From the IMG/VR virus record IMGVR_UViG_3300050821_004478: a stretch of DNA of 64,000 bases. One strand, 5' to 3'. The first letter of the stretch is position 1, and every line of letters starts with the position of its first letter. The stretch comes from a virus. The notes below the pieces were generated by a model, which saw only the letters and a list, made by a program, of their open reading frames with translations, did not search any database and was not told where the DNA came from. Positions 1 through 9,236 of this stretch are shown here, one piece after another. A program made the translations under genes and the position numbers.

Positions 1-2
1 GG

Positions 3-218
3 TTCGAACGCGGCGACGGTATCACGCAGTTTTCTCTCCGCAGCTTACACAGTGGCAACGTAGACGTGAGTGCAATTGCAAAGAAGTACGGGGGCGGCGG
101 CCACGGAACAGCCGCAGGCTTCCAGCTATCTATGCCGGAAGGCCGCATTTTAGTTGACAAAATTCTGAATCGAATCACTTACACCACATTCGTTCAGCCA
201 GGAGGATGTGTAAAATGA
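3..218 (+). CDS. DHH/DHHA1-family phosphoesterase, C-terminal fragment (5' end outside window)
   Basis: Frame is open from the window edge to TGA at 216-218. The translation ...SAIAKKYGGGGHGTAAGFQL... carries the DHHA1 GGGH motif. Confidence 0.55.
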   Translation, partial: FERGDGITQFSLRSLHSGNVDVSAIAKKYGGGGHGTAAGFQLSMPEGRILVDKILNRITYTTFVQPGGCVK

Positions 219-928
219 CCTTACTCGTTGCTGTTAAGTCGTGCCGCGCTGACTTAGATCGCGGCTACCACGATGTGATTCGCGCGACCTGGGGCCAAGA
301 CTTGAGGAACCGAAACGTCTTAGTCCGGTTCTTCGTAGGTCATACCGGGGCGGATTATTTTCTAGCGCACCCCAAGGCCGACGCTCGGACGTTGAAGAGC
401 GACGAGGTTGTCGCAGATAGCGCGGATGATTACGACGCGTTGCCTTTCAAGGTCCGCTCAATCTGTCATTGGGTGACCACCAAGAATATCGACCACGTTT
501 TTCTCTGCGACACAGATACTTATGTGAATGCAAGCAGGCTTCTGACGTGCGGATATCGGAGATTTGACTATGCTGGTAAGATCAGCAAGCCAATTGGCGA
601 AACTTTTCCTTACGACGCGGTTGACCGTCGCGGCGTTACTACGCATATCGCTGAGTGCCACCCGTGGGCTAGCGGTGGTTACGGTTACTTCCTATCTAGG
701 GAGGCGATGTTCTTGATCTCAGATTCTTATCCTAAGGGGTGGGCAGAAGACTTGTGGGTTGGACAAGTATTAGGGCCAGAATTCGCTAAGGGCGACATGC
801 TCGCGCTCGATCTACCAGCGGGCGCTTACTCGCAGCACTTCCCGCAATTGAAGTACGGGTCCGGTTATGACCCGAAGCTGAAGTGGATGGAAGCTGCGCA
901 CCTAGTGAACAAGACGGTGAACGGATGA
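215..928 (+). CDS. GT31/Fringe-like beta-1,3-glycosyltransferase
   Basis: Motifs LLVAVKS..R..IRATWG, DDYDALPFK, DxD motif FLCDTDTYV, and EDLWVG. AGGAGGA RBS at 199-205. An alternative ATG lies at 206. Confidence 0.7.
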   Translation: MTLLVAVKSCRADLDRGYHDVIRATWGQDLRNRNVLVRFFVGHTGADYFLAHPKADARTLKSDEVVADSADDYDALPFKVRSICHWVTTKNIDHVFLCDTDTYVNASRLLTCGYRRFDYAGKISKPIGETFPYDAVDRRGVTTHIAECHPWASGGYGYFLSREAMFLISDSYPKGWAEDLWVGQVLGPEFAKGDMLALDLPAGAYSQHFPQLKYGSGYDPKLKWMEAAHLVNKTVNG

Positions 929-1611
929 AGACCGCGCTTTTAGTTATAGCCACAGGAGAGCGATATCACCAGTATGTTAATCCACTGCTGGAGTCTGCTA
1001 AAGAATTTTTCGTGGAGCACGACGCGTTCTTATGGGCGGACGAACTAATTCCCAGCATCGCGAAATTTCAACTTCAAAAGTATGCCTTGGGATTTCCAAA
1101 CGAGACGCTGTACAGATACCACACCTTCTTTGAACAGTATCAATTTCTTGAGAAGTACGACTACTTGTTTTACATCGACGTAGACATGCGATTCGTTGCC
1201 CCGGTAGGGGAGGAGATATTCTCTGATGGTATAACGGCCACGCTACATCCGGGCTATGTCGGCACACCGGGTACACCGGAGCGTCGCGCTGAGTCGATGG
1301 CAGTTATTCCACAAGGAAGCAACAACAGGTATTTCTGCGGAGGTTTCAATGGCGGGACTTCGGGGCATTTTCTGCGCATGGCACAAGCTATAAAAGGAGC
1401 AGTCGACGAAGATGCGAGTAGAGGAATCACAGCTATATGGCACGATGAATCGCACTTAAACAGATACCTATACTTGAATGGTCCAACGAAAGTTCTCGAC
1501 CCGTCTTACTGCTACCCGGAGAACGCAGGTCCATACTACACAAGCAAGTGGAAGGCCGCAGGCTTGATTGTCACTCCAAAGATTCTGGCGTTAACCAAGG
1601 CGGGCAAATGA
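925..1611 (+). CDS. GT6-family glycosyltransferase (ABO / alpha-1,3-Gal(NAc) transferase-like)
   Basis: Motifs YIDVDMRF, TLHPG, ERR..S.A.IP, GGFNGG, AIWHDESHLNRYL and PTKVLDPSY, collinear with ABO transferases as recalled. ATGA overlap with the upstream stop. Confidence 0.85.
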   Translation: MKTALLVIATGERYHQYVNPLLESAKEFFVEHDAFLWADELIPSIAKFQLQKYALGFPNETLYRYHTFFEQYQFLEKYDYLFYIDVDMRFVAPVGEEIFSDGITATLHPGYVGTPGTPERRAESMAVIPQGSNNRYFCGGFNGGTSGHFLRMAQAIKGAVDEDASRGITAIWHDESHLNRYLYLNGPTKVLDPSYCYPENAGPYYTSKWKAAGLIVTPKILALTKAGK

Positions 1612-2387
1612 TTACAGTGAAGCTGATGGGCGGGATGGGCAATCAGATGTTTCAATACGCTATGGGACTGGCGGTGGCGCGTCGCCTCGATACTCGCGTC
1701 CAGCTTGATACATCCCTCCTGGGAGTCAATCGACCTCTTGCTCTCCATCAGTGGAATATAGATGCTCTCCAATTAGCGCCCCGTCACGCTGCCACCGTTC
1801 ACGAACAAGGCATGCGGTACAATCAGGCGACAGTGGATAGCATTAAGGACGGCGACGTTCTACAAGGCTATTGGCAGAGCGAAAAGTATTTCTACGACCC
1901 GGATGCATTGCGCGGCGAGTTCACACCGCTGACTTGGTCTATCAGATCGCGGGATTTATTGAAACAAATTTTTCAAAGCAATTCAGTCGCAGTTCATGTT
2001 CGTCGCGGCGACTATCTGAATGAACCGCACAAGAGTTTTCACGGCATACTCTCAGATAAATACTACGCCGATGCTATGACGCGCATTTGGCACGAGCGTG
2101 GACTCAGTGCTCGATTTTTCATATTCTCCGACGACATAAAATGGGTGAAGAGCAATTTTTCTTCCGAACCATTCACCTTTGTGGAACCAGGCACCGAATC
2201 AGAAGATATTTACCTGATGTCGATCTGCAACCACGCGATCATCGCTAACAGTTCTTTCTCGTGGTGGGGCGCGTGGTTGGGCGACAAGCAAAAGAACCGC
2301 ACGGTGATTGCTCCCGCAAAGTGGTTTGCTGACGGGTCGGGAGAAGACTACTCAGATATCGTACCGGAGCGATGGATTAAAATATGA
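1608..2387 (+). CDS. GT11 alpha-1,2-fucosyltransferase
   Basis: Motifs GGMGNQMFQYA, HVRRGDY and NSSFSWWGAWL. ATGA overlap with the upstream gene. Confidence 0.8.
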   Translation: MITVKLMGGMGNQMFQYAMGLAVARRLDTRVQLDTSLLGVNRPLALHQWNIDALQLAPRHAATVHEQGMRYNQATVDSIKDGDVLQGYWQSEKYFYDPDALRGEFTPLTWSIRSRDLLKQIFQSNSVAVHVRRGDYLNEPHKSFHGILSDKYYADAMTRIWHERGLSARFFIFSDDIKWVKSNFSSEPFTFVEPGTESEDIYLMSICNHAIIANSSFSWWGAWLGDKQKNRTVIAPAKWFADGSGEDYSDIVPERWIKI

Positions 2388-4462
2388 AGACCGCTGTCAT
2401 CCTAGTCGCGACAGGCGAACGTTACGCAGGGCACATCGCGCCGATGATCGCATCTCTGAGAGATTTCTTCCCACCGTGCGATATACTCTTGTTCACCGAC
2501 AGCAAAGATTCTTTTGACGCAATCAAGTTTGATTATCTGGACCTGGGATGGCCGGACGCTACCATGATGCGCTATCACGCCATCTACGAGCAGCGGGGCT
2601 TCCTGCTGGCGTATGACCACGTTTATTACATGGACGTGGACTTACGGGTCGTCAGCAAGATAGCACTCGACGAAATTTTTGCTGGCGGAATCACCGCAGT
2701 CCTACATCCGGGTTTCCCGGAGGCTTGGGAGCGTCGCCCGCAATCTGCCGCTTACGTCGGCAATGGCTCCACATATTATCAAGGCTGCTTCGTTGGTGGA
2801 AGCACCGGCGCATTTCTTCACATGTGCGCCAGTATAAGCAAGAGCATCGACGCAGACAATGAGAAGGGAATTACCGCAGTCTGGTTCGATGAATCGCACT
2901 TGAATCGCTATCTGCACGACAACCCGCCTGGAAAGGTCTTATCTCCCGCCTACGCTTATCCGGAAGGCTGGACCGGGCTGGTCCCCAAGATTCAGCACTT
3001 AGAGAAGCCCGACCAGTCTTGGAAGGATAGCAACAAGATCGTCAGAGGCTTTTGGTCTGGTCCAGAATTAACGAACATCCAGAAACTGTGCATCCGCTCT
3101 TACATGCGGCACGGCCATGAGTTCCACTTGTATGTAACACAGCCAACGGAAGGCATCCCGAAGGGAACGGTAGTCAAAGATGCAAACGAGATTCTACCCA
3201 AGTCTAGATTAGCGGAGTTTGACAACAGCGTGCACTTCTGCGACTACTTTCGGGTCCTCCTGATCTTGAGAGAGGGCGGCTGGTATGTAGATTTGGATAC
3301 GGTGTGCCTGCGCAAACTAGACTTCCCGGAGCCTTACGCCTTCGTATCAGAAGAGAAATTGGGCGCTCGTCGATCTCCCGATACGGATGTCATCCCATCT
3401 TCCGACAAAGTCCAAGAGTATCTCAGCGGCTGCGTCTTCAAGGCACCGAAGGACGCGGAAGTTTTGAAGTACATTGCCAACAAGATCGAGAGCATGGATA
3501 AGATGCACCCGGAAAGTTGGATATCCTTCGGCCCCGCGCTATTCAAAGAGGCCGTCCCGAAATTCGGGCTGAGCAAATATGTCAAGGCCCCGATAGTACT
3601 CGATGCCATGCGATATGATGAGATGCTGCACTTCGTATCTCCCGGACTCAAGCGATGGAATTTCACAGACCGGTCTTACTTGATTCACTTGAGAACATCT
3701 GCCTGGACCGACGGCGCTTTGGTGCCTAATAAAATATATCACCCGAGGTCTTTGTTTGAAGAACTGAAGGTCCGAAACAGCGTAGAGACCCGAGTATCCA
3801 TAGTGATTCCTTGCTACAACATGAAGGAGTATTTGAAAGAGACCATCGAATCGGCCTTGGCGCAGACTTACAGAAACTTCGAAGTGATCGTGGTCGACGA
3901 CGGCTCGATGGACAATGTTCACACAGTGTCCCAGCAGTTCGTAGATTCAATCGTGTGGATACGACAAGAAAACCAGGGACTGAATGTGGCCCGCAATACC
4001 GGAGCCAAGGCCGCCACAGGCGATTTGCTCCTATTCTTAGACGCTGACGACTTACTCGACTCCCACTATCTTGAGAAAACCGTGCCGCTTATGAAGGCAG
4101 GCGTCGGCATAGTCTCAACGGATATGCAGTACTTCGGGTTATCCGACCTGCGAATACCGACCGCCGAGACTTTGGAGCAGCAGAAAGTATCCAATCAGAT
4201 GCCGTACTGCCGCCTCATCCTTCGAGAGGCTTTCGAGCAGGCCGGTGGATACAGCATGAATCTGGATATCTGGGCCTACGGTGATTGGAATCTTTCCTTA
4301 GACATTTTGAAGCGAACTTGGAAGTGCGCTGTCCTGCATGAACCGTTATTCAAATACCGGATGCGCCCCGGCTCGATGAGGAGCATAGCGGGCCAGACTC
4401 ATGAGCAGATGTGCGCAGCGATTCGAAGAAATCATCCAGACATATTCCCGGAGGGAAAGTGA
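2384..4462 (+). CDS. Three-domain glycosyltransferase: N-terminal GT6, central GT32-like (DXD sugar-binding region), C-terminal GT2
   Basis: N-terminal domain: YMDVDLRV, VLHPGF, ERRPQSAAY, GCFVGG, AVWFDESHLNRYL. Central domain: FWSGPEL..CIRSY, FCDYFRVLLILREGGWYVDLDTV. C-terminal domain: VSIVIPCYN...QTYRNFEVIVVDDGS...LDADD. Confidence 0.75.
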   Translation: MKTAVILVATGERYAGHIAPMIASLRDFFPPCDILLFTDSKDSFDAIKFDYLDLGWPDATMMRYHAIYEQRGFLLAYDHVYYMDVDLRVVSKIALDEIFAGGITAVLHPGFPEAWERRPQSAAYVGNGSTYYQGCFVGGSTGAFLHMCASISKSIDADNEKGITAVWFDESHLNRYLHDNPPGKVLSPAYAYPEGWTGLVPKIQHLEKPDQSWKDSNKIVRGFWSGPELTNIQKLCIRSYMRHGHEFHLYVTQPTEGIPKGTVVKDANEILPKSRLAEFDNSVHFCDYFRVLLILREGGWYVDLDTVCLRKLDFPEPYAFVSEEKLGARRSPDTDVIPSSDKVQEYLSGCVFKAPKDAEVLKYIANKIESMDKMHPESWISFGPALFKEAVPKFGLSKYVKAPIVLDAMRYDEMLHFVSPGLKRWNFTDRSYLIHLRTSAWTDGALVPNKIYHPRSLFEELKVRNSVETRVSIVIPCYNMKEYLKETIESALAQTYRNFEVIVVDDGSMDNVHTVSQQFVDSIVWIRQENQGLNVARNTGAKAATGDLLLFLDADDLLDSHYLEKTVPLMKAGVGIVSTDMQYFGLSDLRIPTAETLEQQKVSNQMPYCRLILREAFEQAGGYSMNLDIWAYGDWNLSLDILKRTWKCAVLHEPLFKYRMRPGSMRSIAGQTHEQMCAAIRRNHPDIFPEGK

Positions 4463-5454
4463 AAATTCTCATCACAGGTGGCGCAGGATTTATTGCCGCG
4501 CATTTTGTCGATCATGTTTTGAAAACAACTGATTGGGACGTCGTCCTTCTCGACAAGTTAACGTACGCATCGAATGGTCTCCAGCGTTTAATGGAGATCG
4601 GTGCATGGCCTAACAATCCGCGCGTCAAGATTCACGTTGCAGATGTCGCGAAACCGCTGGGCAAGTGCCTGGAGGCAGAGATCGGCCACATCGACTACCT
4701 GCTTCACATGGCAGCTGGGACCCATGTCGACCGCTCGATTGCGTGTCCCCGCGACTTTGTGGAGGCGAATATCTTCGGAACCTTCGAGATGCTCGAATAC
4801 GCCCGCCGCATCCCAGGACTCAAAAAGTTCTTCTACTTCTCGACCGACGAGGTCTTCGGGCCAGCCAAAGTTGGAGAGGCATTCAGAGAGTGGGACCGCT
4901 ACAATTCGACCAATCCGTATTCCGCAACAAAGGCCGGTGGGGAGGAATTGGCACTGGCGTGGTCTAACACGTACGGCGTCCCCGTAATCATCAGCCACAC
5001 GATGAACGTTTATGGGGAGCGCCAGCATCCGGAGAAATTCATCCCACGGGTGGTCAGCGCACTTCTCAACGGAAGGACCCTCGATATCCACGTTGACCCG
5101 GTGACCGGCAATCCCGGCACAAGAAATTACCTACACTGCCAGGACGTGTCCGAGGCCGTCATGTTTTTATTGGAGCGTGGACTGAACCGTGAGAAGTACA
5201 ATATCACAGGAATGCAAGAGTATTCGAATTTGCATGTCGCTAGAGTGATCGCGAAAGTCCTAGGAAGGGAACTAGCTTATCGCGAGATTTACCCTCAAAC
5301 GATTCGCCCCGGCTTCGACGTTCGATACGGTATGGACGGCAGCAAGCTGGCCGCGATGGGATGGATGCCATCGAAAAGCCTTGACACCAATCTCAAAAAT
5401 ACGGTAGAGTGGATGGTGCGAGCAGAAAACAGGCATTGGCTGTATTTGAAGTGA
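4459..5454 (+). CDS. NAD-dependent sugar epimerase/dehydratase (extended SDR, dTDP-glucose 4,6-dehydratase-like)
   Basis: Motifs ILITGGAGFIAAH and YSATKAGGE. GTG start overlaps the upstream stop (GTGA). Confidence 0.7.
   Translation: MKILITGGAGFIAAHFVDHVLKTTDWDVVLLDKLTYASNGLQRLMEIGAWPNNPRVKIHVADVAKPLGKCLEAEIGHIDYLLHMAAGTHVDRSIACPRDFVEANIFGTFEMLEYARRIPGLKKFFYFSTDEVFGPAKVGEAFREWDRYNSTNPYSATKAGGEELALAWSNTYGVPVIISHTMNVYGERQHPEKFIPRVVSALLNGRTLDIHVDPVTGNPGTRNYLHCQDVSEAVMFLLERGLNREKYNITGMQEYSNLHVARVIAKVLGRELAYREIYPQTIRPGFDVRYGMDGSKLAAMGWMPSKSLDTNLKNTVEWMVRAENRHWLYLK
5381..5410 (+). promoter_or_regulatory. sigma70-like promoter candidate (TTGACA-N18-TAGAGT)
   Basis: TTGACA at 5381-5386 and TAGAGT at 5405-5410, inside the 3' end of the dehydratase ORF. 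Confidence 0.35.
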
Positions 5455-5465
5455 TATATTTCATC

Positions 5466-5490
5466 AAAACCCCCTCATTCGGGGGGTTTC
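5466..5490 (+). terminator. Hairpin terminator candidate
   Basis: AAAACCCCC-TCATTC-GGGGGGTTT hairpin sits 12 nt after the dehydratase stop. The U-tract is short. Confidence 0.45.
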
Positions 5491-5670
5491 GTGACAAGGA
5501 ATAACAATGACAGTGCTCAATAAAATCATGTGCTTCTTTTTTGAACACGATGATGTGCCAGAAAATATACAAACACTCTTTACCGACAACGGCGGCTGGC
5601 ATGATGTTGTTTATTCCTGGCGCTGCACGGTATGTAATCGACTCAGAGAATTTGAACGATAAGGAGGATT

Positions 5671-6180
5671 ATGGCGGACTTCAATCAGGCGGTGCAGAAG
5701 ACTTTAATCAACGAGGGCGGTTTCCAAAACATCCACGGCGACAGCGGCAACTGGACCGGGGGCGAGGTCGGCAAGGGCGAACTGAGGGGCACGAAATATG
5801 GTATCAGCGCCGCCGAATTCCCCAACCTCGACATCTTCAATCTGACCCAAGATCAGGCCATCCAGATTTACCGGGAAGGCTATTGGAAGGATGGTTACTC
5901 TCAGATCACTGATCAATTGCTGGCTGACAAACTATTCGACCTGGGTGTTCTCTTCGGCGTCGGGGAGGCCGTGAAGCTGCTACAAATCACAATGGCCAAC
6001 AAGATCAGCTTAGTCACCGATGGTGAGTTTGGTCTCGGCACGCTATCGGCGGTGAACCAGTCCGCAAATCTGCTGCCCGCTTACAAGACCACGTTCATCA
6101 ATCACTGCATGAATATCATCAACCACAATCCGGCGAAGGCACAGTTCGCGAATAATTGGGTACGTAGGATTAATTCGTGA
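5671..6180 (+). CDS. Endolysin, GH108 lysozyme-like domain plus PG_binding_3-like C-terminus
   Basis: Motifs LINEGGFQN, GDSGNWTGGE..GTKYGIS, and a C-terminal DGEFGLGT. TAAGGAGG RBS. Confidence 0.8.
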   Translation: MADFNQAVQKTLINEGGFQNIHGDSGNWTGGEVGKGELRGTKYGISAAEFPNLDIFNLTQDQAIQIYREGYWKDGYSQITDQLLADKLFDLGVLFGVGEAVKLLQITMANKISLVTDGEFGLGTLSAVNQSANLLPAYKTTFINHCMNIINHNPAKAQFANNWVRRINS

Positions 6181-6572
6181 TAACGATGGGCCGACATTGG
6201 ATGAGCGCGTTGGTCTCGTGGATTCCTGGGTTGAAGCATCCCGCTACTCCCAAGATAATCTATATGAACTGCTATGAGTACGACCGGGTCCGCCGCGCCA
6301 TAACCGGACGATGCAAAATCTGCAACTTTGTTGTCACCCGGGACGAGAAGGCCGTTCGAGAGTTAGTCTTTAAATGCGGAGATACATCCTGCGACTGTCA
6401 GAGGACGGGACTTAGCAGGCCACATCCAGTTTGTCATCTGTGTTACGACATGTTCCATGCACTGTATGCGAACTATACGATGGTGAATCGGAATTATTTC
6501 AAAGAGTTAGACGATCAGGATAAAGCAAATTCCGGCGACAACCCGGAGAAACGCAGGAGGATGGGCTTATGA
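6177..6572 (+). CDS. Cys-rich hypothetical protein (putative zinc-binding)
   Basis: GTGA overlap with the endolysin stop. Multiple CxxC / CxC pairs. Confidence 0.5.
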   Translation: MITMGRHWMSALVSWIPGLKHPATPKIIYMNCYEYDRVRRAITGRCKICNFVVTRDEKAVRELVFKCGDTSCDCQRTGLSRPHPVCHLCYDMFHALYANYTMVNRNYFKELDDQDKANSGDNPEKRRRMGL

Positions 6573-6790
6573 GGCACTTGATATCAACGATTCAATTCGC
6601 GCAAGGTTGGCTAGGAAATGAGTTGGCGAATGCTGCTAATGATATTACAGCAAATGACGGCGACACCACAATTGCAAAGAAAGTCATGGAGCAGTGGCAG
6701 GTCATCGACGAGGGGCTGGACGACGTCCTTCGAGAGAACGCTAATCTACGTCGCAAAGTACAGCTTATGAGAGAAGCACTGGCACTGTGA
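6569..6790 (+). CDS. hypothetical protein
   Basis: ATGA overlap with the upstream gene. 73-aa ORF. Confidence 0.5.
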   Translation: MRHLISTIQFAQGWLGNELANAANDITANDGDTTIAKKVMEQWQVIDEGLDDVLRENANLRRKVQLMREALAL

Positions 6791-7314
6791 ACCTTCGCTG
6801 GAATAGTTTCCTGAGACGGTTCGAAGCAGAATTCTCTGGTGATTTTGCAGGAGACCTCGCCGCCGTCAAAGAAGCAGGATTCAAGACAGACGGGGCACCG
6901 GGGTGGATATGGCACACGTTGAAGGCTGGACCTCTTACAAAGTTACGCACCCTCCGTCCCGGGTTACTCACTATCTCCCCGGAAGCCCGGGCGCAGTATA
7001 CCCCTATGGCTGCGATGGAGGAGAAGAACGCCGAGATCAAAGCCAAGGCAGCCAGCCACAACAAGGCTTCGAAGAAAAAGTTGAAGATAGCGGAGCAGAT
7101 TGCAAACGCGGTGGTGATTCCTGAGAAAGGCTACATCGATGCCTCCGACCTGCCGCCCCGCCCTCCGTATGTTTCCCCGTTTACCCCTCCCCCGCCGCCC
7201 GCCACGCTGTGCATCGTATGCGCGGCCCCCATCTATTTCTATGAACTGCAGTCCCCTCCGACCTGTCTTTGGTGTGAAAAAATAGTGCTTGACAAAACCG
7301 AAGAAGTCTGTTAG
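6787..7314 (+). CDS. hypothetical protein with C-terminal zinc-ribbon-like CIVC...CLWC
   Basis: GTGA overlap with the upstream gene. Pro-rich linker followed by CxxC-N18-CxxC. Confidence 0.5.
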   Translation: MNLRWNSFLRRFEAEFSGDFAGDLAAVKEAGFKTDGAPGWIWHTLKAGPLTKLRTLRPGLLTISPEARAQYTPMAAMEEKNAEIKAKAASHNKASKKKLKIAEQIANAVVIPEKGYIDASDLPPRPPYVSPFTPPPPPATLCIVCAAPIYFYELQSPPTCLWCEKIVLDKTEEVC

Positions 7315-7317
7315 CCT
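7289..7317 (+). promoter_or_regulatory. sigma70-like promoter candidate (TTGACA-N17-TAGCCT)
   Basis: Lies in the 3' end of the upstream ORF, 16 nt before the GGAGG RBS of the 7333 gene. Confidence 0.45.
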
Positions 7318-7332
7318 ACTTTTGGAGGTATT

Positions 7333-7554
7333 ATGACAAAACTGTTCGCATCTTTAGTTATTCTTGTTGCAATGGTCCTGGGCTTATCGATGTTGATGGC
7401 ATATCCCACGATGTGGATTGTGAACTATCTGTTCACCGCCCAATTACTGACTTTCGTTTTCGGTGCCGCGAAGATCGGTTTTTGGAAGGCCCTCGTTCTC
7501 AATGTATTCTTCGGCACCGCATTCAAAAGTTCCAATTCGAGTTCAAAAGATTGA
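7333..7554 (+). CDS. small membrane protein (holin candidate)
   Basis: 73 aa with at least 2 hydrophobic helices. GGAGG RBS. Located near the endolysin. Confidence 0.5.
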   Translation: MTKLFASLVILVAMVLGLSMLMAYPTMWIVNYLFTAQLLTFVFGAAKIGFWKALVLNVFFGTAFKSSNSSSKD

Positions 7555-7579
7555 TCGGCTAAGCCGGAAAGAGGTAACA

Positions 7580-8803
7580 ATGAAAAAGACCATCCTAGCA
7601 TTAGTTTTTCTCGCATTTGCATCGCCCGCGTTCGCGTGGAATTGTAGCGACCCGCTTGCATCACGCGTCCCGGTAGTATCTGGCACGTCCGGTTCCTTCG
7701 GGAATGGAGACGGCCAACTGTTCCTTGGCACAGGTAGCGAAGGAACGAAAGGACAACTATACCAATGTCAAGTTCCGAAACCACCGGTAACACCGCCAAC
7801 ACCGCCTACGGTCAATCAATCGCAGAATCAGACGCAGAACTCCTCCGCAAACTCAAATGCGACTTCGAATTCCAGCGCGAATTCGAAATCTACCTCCAGC
7901 GTAACGGGGGGCAACTCGACAAGTACATCCACAGGTGGCTCCGCGACAGCTACGGGCGGGTCTTCGGTGGTGAAGAACAGTGGCAATTCCATATTGACCA
8001 ACTCAGGGAATTCATCCAATACAAACAATACCACAGCAAACGGTGGTACGGGAGGTTCCGCGAGTTCATCAAACAATTCTGCCGGTAATGTCACCAGCTT
8101 CGTCGACAATCAGGTCCGCCAGACGCCGATGGCATACGCTCCGGACGCGGCCTTCACCACGTCACCGTGCGTGAAAGGCTTCTCAGGTGGCGTATCTCTC
8201 CCGGGTGGCGCAGGCAGTCTAGGGGTGAGCAAGACCGACAAGGGTTGCGATTCCCGACAGACCGCAGTTGTTTTCTACGCACTCGGCAACAAGACCGCAG
8301 CGGCGAGGATACTTTGCAGCAGCGATGCTGCCAGACGCGCCAAGCTGACCTTGGATGATTGCCTAGCTATCGTGGTTCCGCCAGTCCCCCAGATCGTGGT
8401 CCCACAGCCCCCAGCAGCCCCTCAGCCGCAGGTTATCGTTGTACCAGCCCCACAACCCGTTCTGGCCCCGATAGCAGCCCAGCCGTCCCCAGACTGCAAT
8501 CAGCCCAAGGCGGTTCCGGTTCACTATACCCGGGTCTGCAAGGCCAGTACCAAGATCGCGACTATCGGCTTTTGCAAACTTCACAACAGCATCCCAGACC
8601 CCGGCTGCTACGTAATTCTAGACGAAGCCGTGGGCGCAATTGGGGTAAATAATAATGCAAGAATTGTCTTGACAGGCCCGGTGGAATCTGGTAGAGTGGT
8701 CTTGTACTTGAAACAGCACAAGATCAGTTTGAACCAGATCACCTTGAAGCTGGCAGACGATCAGAACGGGACGCTTACCGTCCAGACAGAGATCGGAGAG
8801 TAA
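7580..8803 (+). CDS. secreted low-complexity (S/T/N-rich, then P/Q/V-rich) protein
   Basis: Signal peptide MKKTILALVFLAFASPAFA. About 120 aa of S/T/N/G repeats, then a PPVPQIVVPQPPAAPQPQ segment. Confidence 0.6.
   Translation: MKKTILALVFLAFASPAFAWNCSDPLASRVPVVSGTSGSFGNGDGQLFLGTGSEGTKGQLYQCQVPKPPVTPPTPPTVNQSQNQTQNSSANSNATSNSSANSKSTSSVTGGNSTSTSTGGSATATGGSSVVKNSGNSILTNSGNSSNTNNTTANGGTGGSASSSNNSAGNVTSFVDNQVRQTPMAYAPDAAFTTSPCVKGFSGGVSLPGGAGSLGVSKTDKGCDSRQTAVVFYALGNKTAAARILCSSDAARRAKLTLDDCLAIVVPPVPQIVVPQPPAAPQPQVIVVPAPQPVLAPIAAQPSPDCNQPKAVPVHYTRVCKASTKIATIGFCKLHNSIPDPGCYVILDEAVGAIGVNNNARIVLTGPVESGRVVLYLKQHKISLNQITLKLADDQNGTLTVQTEIGE
8669..8697 (+). promoter_or_regulatory. sigma70-like promoter candidate (TTGACA-N17-TAGAGT)
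   Basis: Lies in the 3' end of the 7580-8803 ORF, upstream of the 8805 gene. Confidence 0.5.
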
Positions 8804-8804
8804 C

Positions 8805-9236
8805 ATGCAAAACGCGAAGGAATACATCAAGGAATTGGAGCGAAGCGGCGCTGTATTCCATCGCGTGGAGCACGTCTCCAATAAGGCGGCAACTATGTTC
8901 AACCCAGGAGAAGATTTGCAGCATCTCGTGAAGACCGCGACGGAACAGATGACGCGTCACGATGCCAGCGACGTCGCCTTTTACGACGACGAAAAGCCGG
9001 AACTGATTCAAATTACAGCAATCTCCGACCGCGTCGTAATCGCGCGGCAGGAAGCACCTCACTACCTAGCAGGAATTAAGCCGTCCGGTCGCGCGGTGTG
9101 GACCCACAGCATGAAACTGGCGGTGGCATTCGATACGCCGTCGCTTAAACTAGGCGAAGTGTTGGACCGTATGGAGCACTACCAGATCGATGTGCTGGCT
9201 ATGCCAGCTTGCTGGTTTAGCAATCACCAGCCGTGA
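8805..9236 (+). CDS. hypothetical protein
   Basis: 143-aa ORF beginning 2 nt after the upstream stop. Confidence 0.5.
   Translation: MQNAKEYIKELERSGAVFHRVEHVSNKAATMFNPGEDLQHLVKTATEQMTRHDASDVAFYDDEKPELIQITAISDRVVIARQEAPHYLAGIKPSGRAVWTHSMKLAVAFDTPSLKLGEVLDRMEHYQIDVLAMPACWFSNHQP

Noticed and set aside
148-182. Promoter TTGACA-N17-ACTTAC upstream of the first glycosyltransferase
   Set aside because: The -10 hexamer is poor. The site is inside the DHH ORF, and the gene may simply be co-transcribed.
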